Assembly (NCBI GenBank): GCA_030704615.1
Contig: CM060734.1
Span: forward strand, 20,212,001 to 20,276,000
DNA: 64,000 bases
Origin: Takakia lepidozioides
Lineage: Eukaryota > Plantae > Bryophyta
Reading direction: 5' to 3'
Below, in pieces: positions 11,930-22,512 of this stretch. The position numbers were made by a program, and so were the translations under genes. Under the pieces are notes generated by a model. The model had not been told where the DNA came from and did not search any database. It saw only the letters and a list, made by a program, of their open reading frames with translations. The first letter of the stretch is position 1, and each line of letters opens with the position of its first letter.

Positions 11930-13200
11930 CAGAGATATACATGAGGATTCGGTTGTGTTGGACTACCTCCGCACTAGAGACACGGCAGCTAGTGTGACTG
12001 CCAAGGAGATGGATCGGATCCTACAACGAGCCAAGAGGTTCAAGTGGGAGGGGATACACCTGCTTCGAGTGTGGGAGGATGGTCGGGTGAGGATCGTGCC
12101 TCACCCAACACAGCGTGCACGGTTAGTGCGGCATGCCCATGAGGAGTTGGGGCATTTTGGAGTGCGACACACTCATAGTTTACTGCAGGGGCAGTATTGG
12201 TGGCGTGGTATGCACACAGAGGTGCAACAGTTCGTGGCTAGGTGCATGGTGTGTAACAGGGTGCGTGCTTCATTCAACACCCCTACACCACAGTTGCATC
12301 CTTTACCCATCATGGGATTGGGCTACAGGTGGAGTCTTACTTCGCAGAGCCTTTGCCACTGACGATACGTCACCACAGATATGTGTTGGTGATGGTGGAG
12401 CACTTCTCCAAATGGATTGAGTTGGTTCCATTGCCTGACAAGGCTAGTGAGGGGGCTGCGTATGCATTTTTGGATCGTGTGCTTAGCCGATTCGGTGCTC
12501 CAGCTGAGGTACTCACGGACCAAGGGAGAGAGTTCTTGGGGGAGTTTCAGGCTTTGTGTGATAAAGCCTTGATAGACCACCGTACCACTTCTCGAGATCA
12601 TCCCGAGGCCGATGGCTTGGCAGAGAGAGTGGTGCGGACAGTGAAGCGGGGTTTGCGCAAGTATGGCTTGCAAAAATGACACCTAGGAGATTGGGATCTT
12701 CAGGTACCTTGGCTAACCATGGGCTACAGGTTTAGCAAGCAAGCATCACTTGCCTCATTCTCACCATATTTCCTTCTCTTTGGCCGAGAGCCAGATTTGC
12801 CTGCGTCTATTTGTAGGAGGCTGCAGTAGTCCTCAACCTTGATGATCCGGATGTGTGGACACAAGCATGTGCCCAGCGGGCAGAGTTGTTCAAGAGAGTC
12901 ATGCCTATGGCTTTTGAGAATCTTGCTATTGCCCAACACCGAAACACATTGAGGTATGCCACTATACGTGGAGGGGGATATCGGCCAGGTGTTCGGTATT
13001 TCCACCCTGGGGACTATGTGTATCTGCAGCAGACAGCGCCTACGACCTTGGATGTCACAGCAGGACGTGTGATTCTAAGGGTCAGGGAGGTGTTGCCTTC
13101 AAGAGTGTTGATTCTGGAGGGTCGAGATGGCATGGTATGGAAGGACCATGTGCGTAATTGTGCGCCATGTCACCTTCCACATGTGGATGGGATGATAGAT
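11930..13200 (+). pseudogene. Gypsy DDE integrase (HHCC zinc finger plus catalytic core), frameshifted
   Basis: HEELGHFG...YWW...CMVC, MVEHFSKW, LTDQGREF, HPEADGLAERVVRTVK. Confidence 0.93.
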
Positions 13201-13233
13201 CCCAACCTTGTAGTGGTACCTGTAGGATTGCGT

Positions 13234-13377
13234 TGCATGCTATGTGGGCATGGTCGTGGTGCCGCCACTATGCTGGTGTGTGATCGATGCTCAAGAGGTT
13301 GGCACATGGGATGCTTGACACCACCTCTTGAGAGGGTTCCTGATGGAGATTGGTTATGTCCACACTGCTTGGGATAG
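13234..13377 (+). CDS. PHD finger at the integrase C-terminus
   Basis: CMLC...CDRC...WHMGCLTPPL..VP.GDWLCPHC (C4HC3), in frame with the integrase C-terminal region (ORF 12853-13377). Confidence 0.92.
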   Translation, partial: CMLCGHGRGAATMLVCDRCSRGWHMGCLTPPLERVPDGDWLCPHCLG

Positions 13378-13626
13378 TGGCAGTGGATATGACTAGCGGC
13401 AGCTCACAAGACATGGGAGGCCAAGCTCATAGGAGTCAATACCCAAGATCTCAGGCTCAAGTTCACAGGTTGCAAGGCGGCGACTAACGATGGGGCAACT
13501 CTTGTACCCGGCCTCTTGATCTATTGAGTTTGACTGTAGTAGGGACAGTGGTGGAGGACTTAGTGAGGCTATGGCCACTATCACATCTTGTGGCTACCTG
13601 GACTTAGAGGGACCTAAGCGCCAGCT

Positions 13627-13637
13627 AGGGGGGCGAT
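13627..13637 (+). promoter_or_regulatory. Polypurine tract
   Basis: AGGGGGGCG-AT immediately precedes TGTAATGG at 13638. Confidence 0.75.
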
Positions 13638-14019
13638 TGTAATGGACTAGTGGCTGCACTAGTGGTGGCTAGTGGCAGTCTAGTGGTGGACTAGTGGCTG
13701 CACTAGTGGTGGCTAGTGGCAGCCTAGTGGTGGACTAGTGGCTGCACTAGTGGTGGCTAGTGGCAGCCTAGTGGTGGACTAGGGGCTGCACTAGTGGTGG
13801 CTAGTGGCAGCCTAGTGGTGGACTAGGGGCTGCACTAGTGGTGGCTACTGGCAGCCTAGTGTTAGATTAGTGGCTGCACTAGTGTTGACTAATGGTTGTC
13901 TAGTGGCAGCCTAGTGGTGCACTAGTGGTGCACTAGTGATAGACTAGTGTTTGGTGTGCACATATGTTGTGTGGTTTGGACAACGATGTAGTTGTGTAGC
14001 GATATGTATGCGCACGACA
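13638..14019 (+). repeat. LTR segment A (U3 part) with a 44-bp CTAGTGG-rich tandem array
   Basis: Starts TG after the PPT. Contains about 5 copies of ACTAGTGGCTGCACTAGTGGTGGCTAGTGGCAGCCTAGTGGTGG and ends CGCACGACA. Confidence 0.88.
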
Positions 14020-14021
14020 AC

Positions 14022-14350
14022 TGTCAAGTTATTTTACCACTAGTGTGAAGTTAGCTAGGAAATAACTAGCTTTTATATATTGACATTTGGGATTGATCCA
14101 AGTGTCAATCCAGGGGCCAATACATGTTTGGGCACCTGACGTTGTTATCTTCACGGCAGATCGCGGTGGGCTTATCTTTCTCGAGTTGAGCCTCACCGCC
14201 TAGCTATGGCGCCGTAGTGTGGATTCTCCATGGCGTGGGGTGCACTTGGCTTGACTTGTATTTGAGTGATGAGTTTATATATGCATGAGTTTATGCTTCA
14301 GCTTTGTGAGCTCGCATGAGCTTGTGTTTGTATTCTTCTTCTTTATCACT
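14022..14350 (+). repeat. LTR segment B, 3' copy
   Basis: Near-identical to 3806-4136. Confidence 0.92.
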
Positions 14351-14352
14351 AT

Positions 14353-14569
14353 TGTGATGGACTAGTGGCTGCACTAGTGGTGGCTAGTGGCAGCCTAGTG
14401 GTGGACTAGTGGCAGCCTAGTGTTGGACTAGTGGTTGCACTAGTGTTGACTAGTGGTTGTCTAGTGGCAGCCTAGTGGTGCACAAGTGATAGACTAGTGT
14501 TTGGTGTGCATATATGTTGTGTGGTTTGGACAGCGATGTAGTTGTGTAGCGATATGTATGCGCACGACA
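14353..14569 (+). repeat. LTR segment A', terminal copy with fewer tandem units
   Basis: TGTGATGGACTAGTGG...CGCACGACA, matching 13638-14019, followed by the AATT TSD. Confidence 0.88.
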
Positions 14570-14899
14570 AATTAAAAAGCGGGGGTTATAGTAAGCTATA
14601 TAAGGATTTGAATTAATAACCGTCATGTAAGGGGGATAAGAAAAAAGAAGGTAGGAAGACGACAACTATCAAATTGTGAATGGTTCAGGCGTCAAATTGG
14701 GGTAAGAAGGTGGCACCCGGTGGTTTCTAAGGGTGACATGTGTCCCAGGGCAGCCTTCTAGAAGGGTCACACCATCCTGAGAGGGTATATAAAGAAGAGC
14801 CGAGCTCTCTTCCCCTTACCAGGTCTTACTACTTACTCAGTTAGTACGTATAAGTGGGCTCTACACACGCATGGCCCCCAAAAAAATGCAAACAAGAAC

Positions 14900-16400
14900 C
14901 ATATATGTATTAATTAATAGGGATAATAAGCTCAATGAGCCCCCCATGAATGTTAGTAGGTAGGAGCAAAGAGTAAACTATCTTAACAGAGTAACCAAAA
15001 AAAGGTGAGTGTTTTTTATCCATCGACATCCACTCTCCAGGGTCAAACTGTAGATGACAGAACGGGGCAGAAAGGAACCAAGAGAATTTCCCATTATAAG
15101 GAGAAATGTTTTGTGGGAGAAAAGGAATGTTAGCCACGCCAGTTAGGTGGCAGAATGTCCTGATAGCAAACAGATCTGACTCCAAAAACTTTGCCCACGA
15201 GGGGGCACATAGTAAGCCAAAAGGGTCAACTTGGAAGGACCATCCATGCAGAAAAACTGATTGACGGTAAATGGCATAAAAGGCCATATCAGCAAATTGA
15301 AAACGACGACCCAACGAGGCAGGAAGACATTCCAACCAGCATTCTAAGCCTAGAGAGGTTCTCAGTAGCCAATGCCATGGGTTTGGAAGAACCATTCTCC
15401 CAAACATTGATGATCATGTGCAAGATCCTAGCCGATTCCCAAACAGCCCATCTTCTCGAGCAAATGACAAGGTTCTCATTATCCCTGTTAAAATTCCCGA
15501 AAAGCGGTTACCTCATAACTTCATCAGCAAAGATAGGAGAGAGCTAAGTGAGGAAAGGGCGAATCTTGAGCCAGGCAGCCCATATGGATTACCAGGCTGA
15601 GGAACCAAGGGAAGAAGAAGAGTATGAACCCCCTTGGACGATCCAGCACAGGGAAAGAAGCCATAAGGAGGATGTAGAGGGCGAAGAGTTTATAACATGT
15701 TGCCTGACAATCATACTCCAAGGGGAAGAAAGGCTAGTGAGCAGCCTAGGAACCCATTGACCTAGTAGAGCATAAATCTGAGATTGAGGGTCAATAATGA
15801 TGAGCCGGCCACCGTGATTTTTCTTTTGAGTAATCTGTTCCCAGCTCACAAGTGCTCTGCGATTGGAAGAGAACGAGTTGCACCCCGCAGGAAGTTCCTG
15901 ACCGAGGTTTTTATCATCTTAATAATCATGGAACCATGGGACCAAACCACTGCAATGAACCAAGTGGATGCCAGGAGCACCTGGTTTATTACCAGGGCCC
16001 TGCCTGTGATGGATTGGTTCAGAGAACTCCAGTAAGATAGTTTTTAAAAAAAAAAATTTCCAATCATGGAAGAACAGCGTTGCTGATCATCTAAGTCAAT
16101 ACCAATAAGATGACCTAGCAGGACATGAGATTGTCCATGTTGCAACCAATGAAGACCGAAGTTCTGATCACCCCATGGTTCTGACCCCAATGACTTGATG
16201 TAGAGGGATGCTTGGGCTTTGATAAAATGCCAATTGACTTTAAGGCCATCATCAGCGTAAAGAGATGTCTTGATGCTGTGACGGGGACTCAGAGATCTAG
16301 GAATTTTGAGCCCTAAGATATTCGTTGAAGCATGAAGGAGATGGCTAAGGCCATCAACAACGCCCAAAAGGAAAAGAAATTAAGGGTGCCAGTGGGCAAA
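14900..16400 (-). mobile_element. Degenerate L1-type LINE ORF2 fragment
   Basis: TSLYADD and LLGHLIG (16044-16367). SWEQITQKKNHGG (15589-15849) resembles the L1 W..IC.PK..GG motif. Confidence 0.65.
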
Positions 16401-17184
16401 GAATAATAACAATAAATCTTAATTACAATAGGATATAGTATATTCAACTATCATCCGCCTATTGTTACCCATTCATTTGTAACTTGGTGAGTGCTATATC
16501 AGATTTATTCAATTTTTCCCAGTTTTATCAGATTGACTTCCATTATATTCAGGTCCTTTCAATTTTATCATATTGAGTTCCATTATGTTCAATACTCTTA
16601 AGATTTATCCCTCCAATTTCACATTCAATTTTATCTTTTCGCATTTGTTCCTTGCATTTAATTTATTATTATTGTTTTTTTTTAATGGAGGTGGAAACAT
16701 AAAATATTTTATTTTTAATTTCACACTTATTTATTAATTGTTATCATTAGGGGTTTTTCTTAAAAATATTTTTAGGGACTACTGTTAGTGCCGAGGCCCG
16801 GTCTGATTTTATATTTTAAATATTTATAATTTCTATTTCAAGAAAATGAGGACCACCAGCACTAGCTTCCAGTTTTGAAATTAGGGTGGAGCCTTTACGC
16901 AACTAGCCGTTTGTTTCAAAATACCTAAGTTCTACGTACTATTTAGTTTTGATAGTTTCATGTCTTCACGTCTTCACTCTGTTAATTCAATTGCAAGCTT
17001 TGATTTTGTTATGAATTTGGAATGTCTTGTACTAGTAAGGTTGTCATACGCCTAGCCTCCCCTTAGTGCTCACTTATCATTATACTATTCTTATTCTTTT
17101 TTTTTCTTAATCTTAATCCAAACTCTAAACTCTCTTTAAGCCGTTAATTTCTTGGTATTCACAAATAAAAACAAAGCCGCATAG

Positions 17185-17668
17185 TTTTATATATGAAGCA
17201 AGCTAATTTGTTTGTTTTGTTTGTTTTGTAGCGTTGAGATCTCCCAAACCGCGGGCCCAGCCCTGGTGCTTGGTACCGTTGGAAAGCCCTCGATGAGGAG
17301 GGGTGCATTGGCTTGGTCTCATGATTTTTGGACCTGCGGTGTGGGAGATATGGAGTTTCAAGTACTTTGGGTTGCTGGAAATTCCCAAAAAATAGCAAAG
17401 TGGGCTTTCTTCGGACAATATTGGAGCCTCGACAGGAGAGATATCAAGGAAAAGGTCTCCGGTTCAAATCTGGTTGTAGTCTCTGTGGAAAAAAAAATGA
17501 TTAGACTTAGATGACTTAGATGACACTGGACACTTGGGCCAACGGCACATGCTACCCTAGAGGTCGCATTTGGGCCTCGACATAGGAGACGCACTTGGAT
17601 ACAATAGGCGATTGCACTTGGACTTAGATGACACTAGACACTTGGGCCAATGGCACAAGCTACCCTAG
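17185..17668 (+). mobile_element. Probable non-autonomous Helitron with a duplicated 3' end
   Basis: Starts TTTTATATATGAAG. Two copies of an imperfect hairpin (CTTGGGCCAA(C/T)GGCACA) each end in CTAG (17557-17560, 17665-17668), and the last is followed by T. Confidence 0.45.
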
Positions 17669-18895
17669 TAGTTTTATAAAAAGACCCAATTGAGGTGATT
17701 GTACAAATGTGTAAAAATGTCCCCAAAAGGAGAAGCAAAATCTCATAGAGCTAGATATATTAATAGAGAAATAAATCACTCTAGTAACACTTACGGCCGG
17801 AAGAAGGTCAAACAACATGAAAGAGGATAGGAGGATAGGTCAGAAAGTGCTGGGAGGCGAGATGAAGGCACCCGGCAACCTCTGTCCGATGTAAAATAGA
17901 TATAGCTTGAGCCTTTCATAAAGCAACATAAACTCGTTGTCTAAAGAAGTTACAAGAACGGAGATGTTTGGGCTTCCAACACTTTTGTTTTCCGCTGCGC
18001 GATGGGCACATGTGTGAAGGAAGTTGTTGAACTGATAATGCAGACAACCGAAAATCTCGACTAAGATACAAATAGACAACTATATGGACATGGTTGTTTG
18101 TGATACTAAGATAGGTTACACCATTCACGGGACGTCGTTTCATCTCCATAACGCAACTTCTGCTGTGTTGCAAAATTACATTTTGCAGACCGACTGCCGA
18201 TAGTATAGAAACTACCTAACACTGCTACGCGCTGAGGGTCCACGTTCTGGGAACGGCGTTGAGGGAATGCAAATGGGGGGGTTACATACAAGGGAAAATG
18301 ATGGCAAACAATTTTGCATTTCCTTGTCCATTCACTCTACTATTGAAGAAAGACTACACCAAAAGGTTTTGTGGAGACCTATTGTTATTTGAATCGACAG
18401 ACAATGAAAGATGCATTTTCCAGGCCATTTGTGTTACTAAATGTGTTACAACAGTTGGGCAAATCATAGTGGTTTTATGCTTTGGACCTACAATCTGCTT
18501 TTTGGCGTATCAATGTGCGAGAAGAGGATGTAAAGAAAACTGCAGTGTTATCAAAGAGAGGGCCCTTATGAATGGCTAGTCATGCCACTTGGTTGGAAGA
18601 ATGCGACAACTACTTTTTAAAGGGTCGTGAACTCAATACGAGAAGAGGAAATCAAGAGCTATGCTAAAGTGTTTGTGGATGACCTCAACATCCACAGTGG
18701 CTTTTCACAGACTTCCGTACCTTCAAGATTTCCTCCCAATCGACTTACTCTATAGTGGACCATTTATGTCCCCATGAACGGATAAAGTATGAATGAATGA
18801 AGTAAAAATGGATGAGCTATTTTGGCGCCAATGCTCGACATGTTTCTTTTACATACACACGGCATCTTTTCTGGAGGGAGCGAAGGAGCGAAGAG

Positions 18896-21800
18896 ATGTG
18901 CGCCTCTCTCTGTCCCTCGAGTCTCTTGTGGTTTCTGGATTTGTTTCCTCTCTCATGTTTTCTTCCATTTTGTCCCATAAGCTCTATGAGCTTTCCGCGG
19001 ACGTTATAAAGCACCATTTCATTTCATTTCTGTCCCTCGAGCTGGTTGGCCATAATGCACCAGCGGTGGCTCACACACACCTCTGTGCATTCTTACCCCT
19101 GCCCTTCAAGAGCTGTTTCTTCGTGTGCCATTCCCACCTTACCTCGTTTCAATAATCGCACACGGCATCTGGAAGGTCTTCCAAGTGCAGGTTTCGAGCA
19201 GTATGTCCAGCTCCAGGTGACATTGCGCTGTACTCTTCGGCCTCGGTTCAGTAGCAGAGGATACCGCAAGAAAAATCTTCAGAAGGCCGCTTCAACTCGT
19301 CCCTCATTTACCAGGTCAGTATAGATGCCTTCTCTGATGATGCATTTCACACGACAAGATTTCGACAGCTAATGTGGTTTCTCTATCTGACATTTAGGGT
19401 CGGACGCCCCTGTGCCTCAGCTAATGGAGCACGGCCTTTGGAAGTGCCGGCAAATGCTGAAGCTGACAAGAAGGTAGCGAGGCTTAGAAATTGGTTGCAC
19501 CAACTGGCACATGACGAGTGTAACCTGCTGTTAGAGCGATGGCCTCGCGGGACCTCGGCCCCCGGCTATGGCACAGTAGCTGGGCCTGGTGGTGTCGAAA
19601 AAGGCAGTGTGGTTGTGCGTGTGCCAAAGCAAGCCTTCATGACAGAGGAAGTGAGTTCTGGCTGGCTTCCGATTCCCTCGCAACTTCCAGCATAGTTGTT
19701 GAATTTATAATAATTTCAAGTGTTGGAGGTGCCGAGATCAAAATGTTTAGTCTTCTATTTCAATAACTCACTGGTGAGTGTCATCTTTGACTTGTGTGTA
19801 AAATGCAGCAAATTGGCTGATTCTGGTGTTCTGGTGTAAGCTTCTGGTTACTTACCAGGAGATGAAGGCATCTTCATTCCACGAGAGCTGTAAATTTTAG
19901 CGGTTTTTATAACTGGGGTTTAGTTGTAATGTTCCCTGAAGCAGATCAAGAGTTGACTACTTTTAGAATGTCGATCATCAGTATTAGTATCACCATCAAA
20001 TTGTAAATGAATGCTCAGAATTCTTGGTTGAATTCAACCAGTTCCATAATACTGGAGTAGACCTAGGATTTTGCTTATATAATCATGCCAATGATTGGAA
20101 AATGAAACAGGTTTGATCTTTCTGCTTGGGTGTGATTATGTATTTGCAGACAGCAGCTGGTTGTCCCTATGTTGGTCCACTAGCTGAACGGGCTAACCTC
20201 ACCCCATGGCAAGCAATGTGTTTGCATTTGCTCTGTGAACGTGCGCGGGGCAGTGACAGCCATTGGTACCCTTATATTTCATTGCTTCCGTCTGAGCTTG
20301 AAATGGCGGGTGCCCACCCCATGCTCTGGCCTCAGGTTAGTGACCGTGTCTATGTTTCAGAGACCATGCCCAAGATAATCCCTACCAGCAAACTCAGATA
20401 AAATTGTTCAGGGCTGAAACCTTACAGTATTTGGAAGCTCCAAGTGCCGAAAGAAGCCCAAGAAGCAATCTCTGAACAAACGCAAACACTTAAGACCCAG
20501 AGGAGAAAGAAGAAAATAAGGGCTTCTACTTTGCAGGAACCATGCATACTTATGCAAGTGCATGTAAGTATCAGTAACAAGTGCAGGGTGGGTGGGATGG
20601 TTGGTTGTAGAGGATGAGGAAAGAGTGGCTGGCTGGCTCACCAATGCTGGAGACAACAGAGAGAAGACTGTCCATATGCAGGTTCTTTTCTTGCACAGCA
20701 TGCAGTTACATAGTAGTTTGTTTGAATCTATCTCACGCATCCAGGCTTGATGCAAAACAGGGAAAGACCCTGCTGCCATTTGTCCCACAGCCTAGCAGCT
20801 TACCTGCATGATAGGAACGTGGTCTCCGTACAATGTTCGGGTTTGGTCTGTTTGTGGTTTCTGTTGCTCTATGGTCTCTCCTCAGTCCTCTGCCCTTTGA
20901 CCGTGGGAGGCTTGTAGTGATGTTGTGATGAGACCTTGAGAAGTTATGTCCCCGGTTGTCAATGCCGTAAGGCTACTTTATTACGGAGAAGTAATACAGA
21001 CACATACACAATTTCTCTTTTTTTTTCTTAATGCTGTGAATGTTCTCCCTTACAGGATTGGCTCTGTTGAATTAGAAGCAGGGATATCCTCACTGTCTTG
21101 TAAAGAAGCCCTTATCGTAAGGCAACCCAGTTCTGGATTTGAACATTGTATCCAAAATATATTGGATAAGCATTGGACCTAATGAATATCTGCAGTCTGC
21201 AGGGAGGACCACGAAGCAATGCTTGTGGCAGGGGCCAGTAACTTGGTACCAGCTGGATCTGGGAGTGGTGGGTTTGTTACAGAGGCAGCGGTGCGATGGG
21301 CTGCAGTCATGCTGCTGAGTCGTGCTTTTTCTCTTGAGCTCCAAGAGGAAGTAAGCGACAACTCTTAATTTTATCTATTTTAAGATACAGTACCAGCTTG
21401 GTACAGGGTACTATAGCTGCTCAGAATAGGTAGCTTGTTAGGGCAGTTTGGTAATTGATGCCCACCACTGCAGGTAACTTGTGCGTCAATGAACACAGCC
21501 CCAGCAATTGCATTGGTCCCTTGGGCTGACATGCTCAACCACAGTAGCTACGCCGGAAAGGAATCATGCTTGGTGTACGACCAGAGTGCCAGGGTTGCAT
21601 GCCTACGGGCACATCGACCATATGAGGAAGGGGAACAAGTCTATGATTCATATGGGCCAGGATTGTCAGCATCCCAGCTCCTGCTCGACTATGGCTTTGT
21701 GGACCGTGAGAACTCCAACTATGCTGTTGATTTACCGGCAAGTACCAGCAATTTTTCTGTTGCAATCCATTTTTGCTGCAATTGCTCATGGATGAGTCTG

Positions 21801-21959
21801 GCTGTCCTGCTGCTCAGTCCCTAACTTTTCAGTAAGAAATTGGTGTTCAAGGGTTTCTCAACCTGTGGGTTGTTGTTGCATGTAGGCCTCTGTGCTAGGG
21901 CCTATCAAGAGTAAGATGAACGAAGCTTTACTTGAGGCAGTCGGACTCCCCATTGGATG
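18896..21959 (+). pseudogene. Rubisco-LSMT/SETD3-family SET-domain methyltransferase, exons 1-7
   Basis: Exons ~18896-19314, 19399-19650, 20150-20335, 20611-20681, 21203-21350, 21474-21737, 21886-21959. Motifs LLCER...S.WYPYI.LLP, WA...LLSRAF, LVPWADMLNH, QVYDSYG, LLLDYGF. The N-terminus resembles a transit peptide. Confidence 0.85.
18922..19030 (+). mobile_element. 5'-truncated RTE/RTEX-like LINE 3' end inserted in SET exon 1
   Basis: Family 3' UTR and (ATTTC)n tail, with TSD TGTCCCTCGAG at 18911-18921 and 19031-19041. Confidence 0.85.
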
Positions 21960-22512
21960 GTGATCTTGAATCTTCCTAAATACATGAACAGTGGTCAGTT
22001 TGAGAGAGAGGATACAGGCATACACAACTAGTCTGTGGAAAAGCGTGATGACAGAAGCCTCTGCAAACTTGGAAGTTTGTCTTTGATTGAAGGTCTACAC
22101 CAAATATATCCCATTTCGTAAGCATTCTCTTTGACATAGCCTAGAGTGCGAAGTCGCTATGCAGCTGTACCTCACAGGTCTGGGATTGAAAGCATCCAGG
22201 TATGAAACTTGAGTGCTTACACCGCCATTGTCAACCCCCAGCTACACATGCTATACAGAGGAAAGACCGGAATTCGTCACATTCTGTGGAAACCTTCAAT
22301 ACAACCAAAAAGAAAGTTCAAATGGAGATTTGCATGACCAGATCTAATTGGTCTGATGGAGGGAAAATAAGAAAAATAACCTTATGACGGCCTCCTGGTT
22401 TGACAAAGTAGAACAAAGTCAATAGCAAATAAGCAGACGATGTAAGTTTACTGTGTTCGCTGGAAGCCCGAAGAGAGATTCTTTTTGTTAAGAAGGGGGA
22501 TCACAGGGAGAA

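Larger units (their letters stand above)
3806..14569 (+). mobile_element. Ty3/Gypsy-type LTR retroelement carrying a C5 DNA methyltransferase and a PHD finger; RT-deleted, split-LTR structure
   Basis: Termini TGTC...GACA flanked by AATT at 3802-3805 and 14570-14573. Direct repeats 3806-4136/14022-14350 and 13638-14019/14353-14569. Domain order gag, CCHC, protease, RT/RH remnants, integrase is Gypsy-type. PPT at 13627. Confidence 0.92.

Noticed and set aside
3806-14350. Conventional LTR element bounded by the two B copies
   Set aside because: No TSD flanks that pair, the PPT precedes A rather than B, and AATT is duplicated only after A'.
13646-14480. CRISPR-like appearance of the CTAGTGG repeats
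   Set aside because: There are no unique spacers or cas genes; this is a tandem array inside an LTR in eukaryotic DNA.
3806-14569. DIRS/Ngaro/PAT tyrosine-recombinase element
   Set aside because: No tyrosine recombinase motifs are visible, while an HHCC-DDE integrase, a protease and a TSD are present.
17840-18290. Possible short minus-strand exons divergent from the SET gene
   Set aside because: No recognisable domain and no gene model could be assembled.
18660-18705. KVFVDDLNIHS, a Gypsy RT-like peptide
   Set aside because: Too short and isolated to call; at most a tiny remnant.
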